This document shows, piece after piece, positions 46,570 through 51,818 of a DNA stretch of 51,818 bases. A model generated the notes under the pieces. The model made no database searches, was not told the DNA's origin, and saw only the letters and a program-made list of their open reading frames with translations. The stretch's first letter is position 1. The number at the start of each line of letters is the position of its first letter. The DNA is from Eubacteriales bacterium (GTDB taxonomy: Bacteria > Bacillota > Clostridia > Oscillospirales > CAG-272). The DNA lies in contig JAZNYH010000076.1 of the NCBI GenBank assembly GCA_045594305.1, forward strand, positions 1-51,818, read 5' to 3'. A program made the position numbers and the translations under genes.

Positions 46570-47152
46570 TCTCCTTTGCCTCGACTACCTGGTCGACCTT
46601 GCCATTATCGTCAGCCTCGCTATCACCGTCAGCCTTGTCACCCTCGACACAGGGCACGGCTGATTTTTTCTTTTCTGCCTTATATTCCTTAATTGTTTCA
46701 AGGATTATTCCGAGCACGGCAATACCAACTCCAACGCAAACGCACGAGTCAGCAACATTGAATACCCAAGGGAAGAGGCTTCCGAGGAAGGACATTTGTA
46801 TCATATCGATAACAAAGCCGAGCACGGTTCTGTCAATCATATTTCCAATGCCACCACCTAAAACGAGGGCAAGACCGATTTTGGTAAGACGGGTGTCCTT
46901 GCTAAAACGGAATAGGTAGACGCTAATTGCAATAATACCGATAATAGACGCAACGATAAACACCCACCTGTGGTCGCTAAGCCAGCCAAACGCCATACCG
47001 TCGTTTTCAACATAGGTGAGCTTAAAAAGCCCTATTATGCTAATAGGATCGCTCTCGAGCGACTCGCTATTAAAGAACACAATCCATTTAGTGAGCTGAT
47101 CAACGCCGACAGCACCGACGATGATGAGAATTAAAACTACAAAAAACGGCAT
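46544..47152 (-). CDS. lspA: Signal peptidase II
   Basis: DQLTK, N.GMAFG, GGIGNMIDR, FNVAD. Confidence 0.93.
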   Translation of the reverse strand: MPFFVVLILIIVGAVGVDQLTKWIVFFNSESLESDPISIIGLFKLTYVENDGMAFGWLSDHRWVFIVASIIGIIAISVYLFRFSKDTRLTKIGLALVLGGGIGNMIDRTVLGFVIDMIQMSFLGSLFPWVFNVADSCVCVGVGIAVLGIILETIKEYKAEKKKSAVPCVEGDKADGDSEADDNGKVDQVVEAKESADDSDQQ

Positions 47153-47161
47153 AAAAAACTC

Positions 47162-47455
47162 CTAAATCAATTTATAGAGAAGAAAGGGAACAAGGCTTTG
47201 AGCAACCGAAACGAGAATGACGAGGAGCAAAAACGACAAATCAATAGGACAACGCCTTGCAAACTCCCATCTCATCATTACATCACGAATAGGTCTTAAA
47301 AATGGCTCGGTAGCCCTGTAAAGAAAATCGTAGACTCTTGTGTTGCGAGTGCTTGGAATCCACGAGCAAATGGCACGGGCAAACAGTAAAAGCTCAAAGA
47401 CGGATAGGACAGAGCTTAAAACTCTTACGATAATTATAATTACAGTTGCTCTCAT
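47162..47455 (-). CDS. yggT: YggT/YlmG membrane protein
   Basis: R...SW, TEP.LRPIR, IDLS; conserved position after sepF. Confidence 0.88.
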   Translation of the reverse strand: MRATVIIIIVRVLSSVLSVFELLLFARAICSWIPSTRNTRVYDFLYRATEPFLRPIRDVMMRWEFARRCPIDLSFLLLVILVSVAQSLVPFLLYKLI

Positions 47456-47838
47456 AGGTCAGAGAAGGTGTCGTCACCGTCATCATCAAAATCCTCACCC
47501 GAAACATCAACATCACGGGGAGCGATAAAGTATGAGTCAGCGGTTGCACTTTTTATAGTTGCATTAAGAGCATACGCAACGCCTGCGATAAAGTCAATCA
47601 TTCTACGGCAAAGAGCCTTATCAAGCCCTTCGAGGTTGAGAAGCACGGTTTTGCCCTCAACAAGGTAGTCACCAGCTGTGAGAATTTGATTAAATTGAGT
47701 AGGCTTTACAACCTTTAATTCGATATTAGAGCCACCAAAGGCAACATTAGCGCCCTCGTCGTCATCAAATGCCTCAATATCGTCCTCGTCATCAAAATCC
47801 TCGTAGTCTATTTTCTTTCCAAATCCAAAAAGTCCCAT
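47452..47838 (-). CDS. sepF: Cell division protein SepF
   Basis: P..F, VLLNLE, RR.IDF.AG..YAL, F.IAP. Confidence 0.9.
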   Translation of the reverse strand: MGLFGFGKKIDYEDFDDEDDIEAFDDDEGANVAFGGSNIELKVVKPTQFNQILTAGDYLVEGKTVLLNLEGLDKALCRRMIDFIAGVAYALNATIKSATADSYFIAPRDVDVSGEDFDDDGDDTFSDL

Positions 47839-48509
47839 TATAAATACTTCCTTTCACCAAATATTGCACTTCCAACACGGACAAGCGTTGCCCCTGCCTC
47901 GGCAGCGTATTCATAGCTCTCGCTCATACCCATAGAGAGAATAGCGTCGCTATCATTTTTAAATAGCTTATCAAAAATCTCCTTAGTCAGGGAGAAATAT
48001 TTCAGGTATTCCTCACGGCAGGAGCACCTCGGAGCCATAGTCATAAGACCACGCACACGAATAGAGCTAAGAGACTTTAAGGAATTATAAAAATCCTCAA
48101 CGCCCTCGGGCATAATACCACCCTTGCTTTCCTCTCTGCCACTATTTACCTCTATTAGAATATCCATAACCCTGCCGATTTTTTCACACCTCTTGTTAAT
48201 TTCCTCTGCAAGCGAGAGGGAGTCAACGGAGTGAATAAGGTCGACCTTGTCGCAGATATATTTTACCTTGTTCTTTTGTAGCGTGCCAATAAAGTGAACG
48301 CTTGCACGCTTATCATAGCCCTCGTATTTTTCCAAAAGCTCATTAACCCTATTCTCGCCAATTGTGTCAACGCCGAGGGATATAAGATAGTTTATATCCT
48401 CAACGCTTTGCATCTTTGTCGCAGCGAGAACGGTTATTTTTCTGTCCTTAGTGTATGGGCTGAGGCGAGAGAGAACAGCCTCATAGCCAGCCTTAATTTT
48501 TTCGTTCAT
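47838..48509 (-). CDS. yggS: PLP homeostasis protein YggS/YlmE
   Basis: AATK, GENRV.E, HFIGTLQKNK, GLMTM, LSMGMS, VRVGSAIFG. Confidence 0.95.
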   Translation of the reverse strand: MNEKIKAGYEAVLSRLSPYTKDRKITVLAATKMQSVEDINYLISLGVDTIGENRVNELLEKYEGYDKRASVHFIGTLQKNKVKYICDKVDLIHSVDSLSLAEEINKRCEKIGRVMDILIEVNSGREESKGGIMPEGVEDFYNSLKSLSSIRVRGLMTMAPRCSCREEYLKYFSLTKEIFDKLFKNDSDAILSMGMSESYEYAAEAGATLVRVGSAIFGERKYL

Positions 48510-49447
48510 AGTTCTCCAATTGTGCTAAGCACAAAATCGAGAGGGGATACCTCATCAATATATACTGTGTGATAATTCTTTTTCTTAAACCAAGTAATTT
48601 GACGCTTTGCGTAGTGCCTTGTCGATAGCTTTAATTGAGCCACGCACTCATCGAGCGACGCCTCACCCTTAATATACGGAATTAGCTCCTTGTAGCCAAT
48701 AGCACCCGAGGCGGTAGTGTCGCCATTTAAAAAGCCCTGCTCAAAAAGACGCCTGCACTCATCAACAAGCCCCATATCAAGCATTACATCGACACGCTCC
48801 TCAATCCTTTTGAAAAGACGCTCCTTGTCCCTCGCACTAAGGAAGAACACGGTGCTGTCATATGGGGATACGACGCTTTTAGATACGGCATCAAGCTCGC
48901 TCTTTTTCTTTCCCGTCGTTTTGTAAATTTCAAGAGCACGAATAACTCTTTTTATGTTGTTCTCGTGGATAGCATCAGCACTCTCGGGGTCTACCTCTCG
49001 TAGCCTTTCGTGTAGAGCGTGAGCCCCCTCGCTTTTAGCAAGCTCCTCACATTCACGACGGAAATCGTCATCTCGTGAGGTGTCTGCAAACGAGGAAATT
49101 TCAAGCACGCTATCAAGATAAAGCCCCGTGCCACCACATAAAATAGGGAGCTTGCCACGACTAATAATGTCGCTTATAGCCTCACGGGCAAGGGTAGCAT
49201 AGTCAGCACAGGAAAAGTCCTCGCTTGGGCTTATTATGTCAATTAGGTGGTGCTTGATTTCGGCACGCTCGTCCTTTGTAGCCTTAGCTGTGCCAATGTC
49301 CATTCCCTTGTATATCTGCATAGAGTCGCAGGAGATAATTTCACCATTTAAGCGCTTAGCAAGAGAAATGGCAAGAGCGCTCTTTCCAACCGCCGTAGGC
49401 CCAACAATAGCGAGCACACGGGGGCGAGGGTTATTTAAGTTTTCCAT
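48506..49447 (-). CDS. miaA: tRNA dimethylallyltransferase
   Basis: GPTAVGKS, DSMQIY.GMDIGTAK, GGTGLY, YAKRQ.TWF. Confidence 0.96.
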   Translation of the reverse strand: MENLNNPRPRVLAIVGPTAVGKSALAISLAKRLNGEIISCDSMQIYKGMDIGTAKATKDERAEIKHHLIDIISPSEDFSCADYATLAREAISDIISRGKLPILCGGTGLYLDSVLEISSFADTSRDDDFRRECEELAKSEGAHALHERLREVDPESADAIHENNIKRVIRALEIYKTTGKKKSELDAVSKSVVSPYDSTVFFLSARDKERLFKRIEERVDVMLDMGLVDECRRLFEQGFLNGDTTASGAIGYKELIPYIKGEASLDECVAQLKLSTRHYAKRQITWFKKKNYHTVYIDEVSPLDFVLSTIGEL

Positions 49448-49539
49448 AGCCTTCTCCTATCAGCGTTACCTTTGCGTTTTCGTGCCTTGCCTGTAAGCTG
49501 TAATTGCAAAGCACCTAAACCGATGTGTTTTTTGTAAAT

Positions 49540-50619
49540 TTAGGGTAAAATAAGCATAGCATCTCCAAAGGAGAAGAAGCGATATTTTTCCTCTACCGCC
49601 ACCTTGTAGGCGTCCATAATTCTTTCTCTGCCATAGAGGGCAGAAACGAGCATAAGAAGAGTGCTCTCAGGCAGATGGAAGTTTGTCACAAGAGCGTCAA
49701 CTGCCTTGAAGGTGTAGCCGGGGAATATGAAAATTCCCGTTTCATCAGCAACTGCGTGAACCTCGCCGTCGGGCGTAGATGCACTTTCGAGCGTACGAAG
49801 AGAGGTGGTGCCAACTGCAATTGTGCGTCCGCCTGCACGCCTACGCTCGTTTATTATTTTAGCAGATTTTTCGCTAATTTCGATATACTCAGCGTGCATA
49901 ATGTGGTCAGTAATAGACTCCTCCTTTACAGGACGGAAGGTGCCAAGACCGACATGGAGCATAACGGGAACAATCTCAACCCCACGCTCCCTTATTTTTT
50001 GAAGAAGCTCAGGGGTGAAGTGAAGGCCGGCGGTTGGAGCTGCCGCAGAGCCATTTTCACGGGCATAAACCGTTTGGTATCTGTCCTTGTCCTCGAGCTT
50101 TTTTGTAATGTATGGTGGCAGAGGCATAGAGCCGATAAGCTCCAAAACCTCGTAAATACTTGTGTATTTTTCCTTGTCGTAATCAAAGCGGACTATTCTG
50201 TTTCCGTCCTCGACAACGCTCTCAACGGTAGCAGTAAGAATATCGCCAAAGCGAACGCTACCACCGAGCTTTATTTTTTTGGCAGGGCGTAAAAGCACCT
50301 CCCACCTGTCCGTGTCCCTTTGCTTCAAAAGAAGCATTTCTATTCTTGATGGCTCGGACACAAAGTCCCCAGAGCGAACCTTTTCGCCCCAAAGCCTTGC
50401 AGGGATAACCCTTGAATCGTTTATAACGAGAGTGTCGCCCTCCTTTAAGTAATCAATAAGGTCGTAAAAGTGCTTGTGAGAAATGCTTCCGTTTTCAAGC
50501 ACCATAAGACGGGAATGATCACGAGGCTCAATCGGGGTTTGAGCGATAAGCTCGCTCGGTAGGTCGTAAAAGAAATCAGCCGTTTTAAGCTCGGTTGAGG
50601 GTAAAGTGTTTTTAATCAT
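49540..50619 (-). CDS. queA: S-adenosylmethionine:tRNA ribosyltransferase-isomerase
   Basis: LIAQ.P, PLPPYI, YQTVYA, AAPTAGLHF, LHVGLGTF, TNFHLP.STL, YRFFSFGDAM; start re-assigned to 50619. Confidence 0.96.
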   Translation of the reverse strand: MIKNTLPSTELKTADFFYDLPSELIAQTPIEPRDHSRLMVLENGSISHKHFYDLIDYLKEGDTLVINDSRVIPARLWGEKVRSGDFVSEPSRIEMLLLKQRDTDRWEVLLRPAKKIKLGGSVRFGDILTATVESVVEDGNRIVRFDYDKEKYTSIYEVLELIGSMPLPPYITKKLEDKDRYQTVYARENGSAAAPTAGLHFTPELLQKIRERGVEIVPVMLHVGLGTFRPVKEESITDHIMHAEYIEISEKSAKIINERRRAGGRTIAVGTTSLRTLESASTPDGEVHAVADETGIFIFPGYTFKAVDALVTNFHLPESTLLMLVSALYGRERIMDAYKVAVEEKYRFFSFGDAMLILP

Positions 50620-50748
50620 ATATATCCTTTGACAAGCCAAAAGAGAATGGCATAAAATGTAGTGTGTACTATAATACTTTCTTATAGTATATATTATAAA
50701 TAAAAATTTTTCAACTGATTTTTTTATTTTTTGGAGGAAATTCAGTTT

Positions 50749-51633
50749 ATGAACACAAAGCACAAGCCGATAAAGGGGTGCTCAACGGCAATCGTGACGC
50801 CCTTTAAGAACGGCGAAATAGATTTTTTATCGCTCTCTCGCCTAATAGAGCGTCAAATAGAGAGTGGTGTTTTGTCGATAGTGCTCCTTGGCACAACGGG
50901 GGAAAGCCCGACTATTCTTTACGAGGAGAGAGATGAGCTTATAAGGCGAGCCAAGGAGATGATAAACGGCAGAGCCTCGCTCATAGTTGGAGCAGGCTCA
51001 AACTCAACAAAAAACGCCATAAAGCTCATACAGGGTGCGGAAAAAGCGGGGGCAGATGGGCTTTTGTGCGTCACTCCCTACTACAACAAGGCAACCCCGT
51101 CCTCGCTCGCTATGCACTACAAGGAGCTTGCACGCTCAACCGAGCTTGATATCATACTTTATAATGTTCCGTCACGAACAGGTCTTAGTCTTGGCGAGGC
51201 TACGCTTGAGGCACTTTGCGAGGTGGAAAACATTGTCGCAATAAAGGAAGCGAGTGGCGATATTTGTGAGCTTGAAAGAAAAATTGCACGCTTTGGCGAG
51301 TATTTTTGGTTTTACTCGGGCTGTGATGAGCTGATACTGCCCTCATATAGCGTGGGAGCAGTAGGAGTTATCTCTGCCGTGGCGAATGTAATTCCGTCAA
51401 AAATCGCCACCCTGTGTACGCTAATTGAGGAAAACAGGTGGAGCGAGGCAAGAGAGCTAACGCATAAGCTATCCCCACTTATAAGGGAGCTTTACGCCGA
51501 GGTAAACCCCGTGCCCGTCAAGTGTGCGCTTAGTCAGCTTGGACTGTGCGAAAACGAGCTTAGATTGCCACTTGCCCCCTCAACAAGGGAAAAGCAAATT
51601 GCCGAAAGGCTAATAAGTGCAGGCTTGAATTAG
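50749..51633 (+). CDS. dapA: 4-hydroxy-tetrahydrodipicolinate synthase
   Basis: VTPF, GTTGES, TPYYNK, LYNVPSRTG, IKEASG, NPVPVK. Confidence 0.94.
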   Translation: MNTKHKPIKGCSTAIVTPFKNGEIDFLSLSRLIERQIESGVLSIVLLGTTGESPTILYEERDELIRRAKEMINGRASLIVGAGSNSTKNAIKLIQGAEKAGADGLLCVTPYYNKATPSSLAMHYKELARSTELDIILYNVPSRTGLSLGEATLEALCEVENIVAIKEASGDICELERKIARFGEYFWFYSGCDELILPSYSVGAVGVISAVANVIPSKIATLCTLIEENRWSEARELTHKLSPLIRELYAEVNPVPVKCALSQLGLCENELRLPLAPSTREKQIAERLISAGLN

Positions 51634-51744
51634 TCAAGCCTCACACCGATATAAGAAAGCCATCATATGAAAAAGCAGACACAGCCTAAGAGTGTCGCTC
51701 TAAAGGACAGTTTTCAATTTAAGGAAACAGTACCTACCGACAGG

Positions 51745-51790
51745 AAAAAGGACAGAGAATGTAAAAACATTCTCTGTCCTCTTTTCTTTT
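51745..51790. terminator. Intrinsic terminator
   Basis: AGGACAGAGAATG-TAAAAA-CATTCTCTGTCCT followed by a T-rich tail. Confidence 0.75.
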
Positions 51791-51818
51791 CAAGCACTGC
51801 ATTTGTAGACACAAATGC

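Overview
Chromosomal segment from a Clostridia-like Firmicute (inferred from gene content and sigmaA-type promoters). Housekeeping flanks (recX-rimO on the left; rsmG-rluD-lspA-yggT-sepF-yggS-miaA-queA and dapA on the right) surround a ~16.5 kb insertion hotspot (6296-22804) around divergent tRNA-Arg(ACG)/tRNA-Ser(GCT) genes, followed by a uronate/glycan utilisation region (GH3, uxaCAB, GH4, heparinase II/III-like, GH30, GH29-like/GH39 fusion, lipoproteins). The hotspot resolves into four recombinase-less cassettes. Two are sister elements with near-identical ends, symmetric serine-recombinase-type att sites around an AA core and only a remnant of the recombinase tail; the second clearly sits in a terminator loop and the first probably does. 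The other two are ~0.8-1 kb single-gene cassettes at tRNA 3'-end sequences. The best candidate for an undescribed system is the AT-rich cargo of the second sister element: HTH + divergent ThiC-family radical-SAM enzyme + Fe-type alcohol dehydrogenase + a prenyltransferase/terpene-cyclase-like barrel fused to a TIR domain, followed by a frameshifted HD hydrolase. It may be a small-molecule or nucleotide-signal anti-phage system. No database searches were run; all family calls come from motif recognition.
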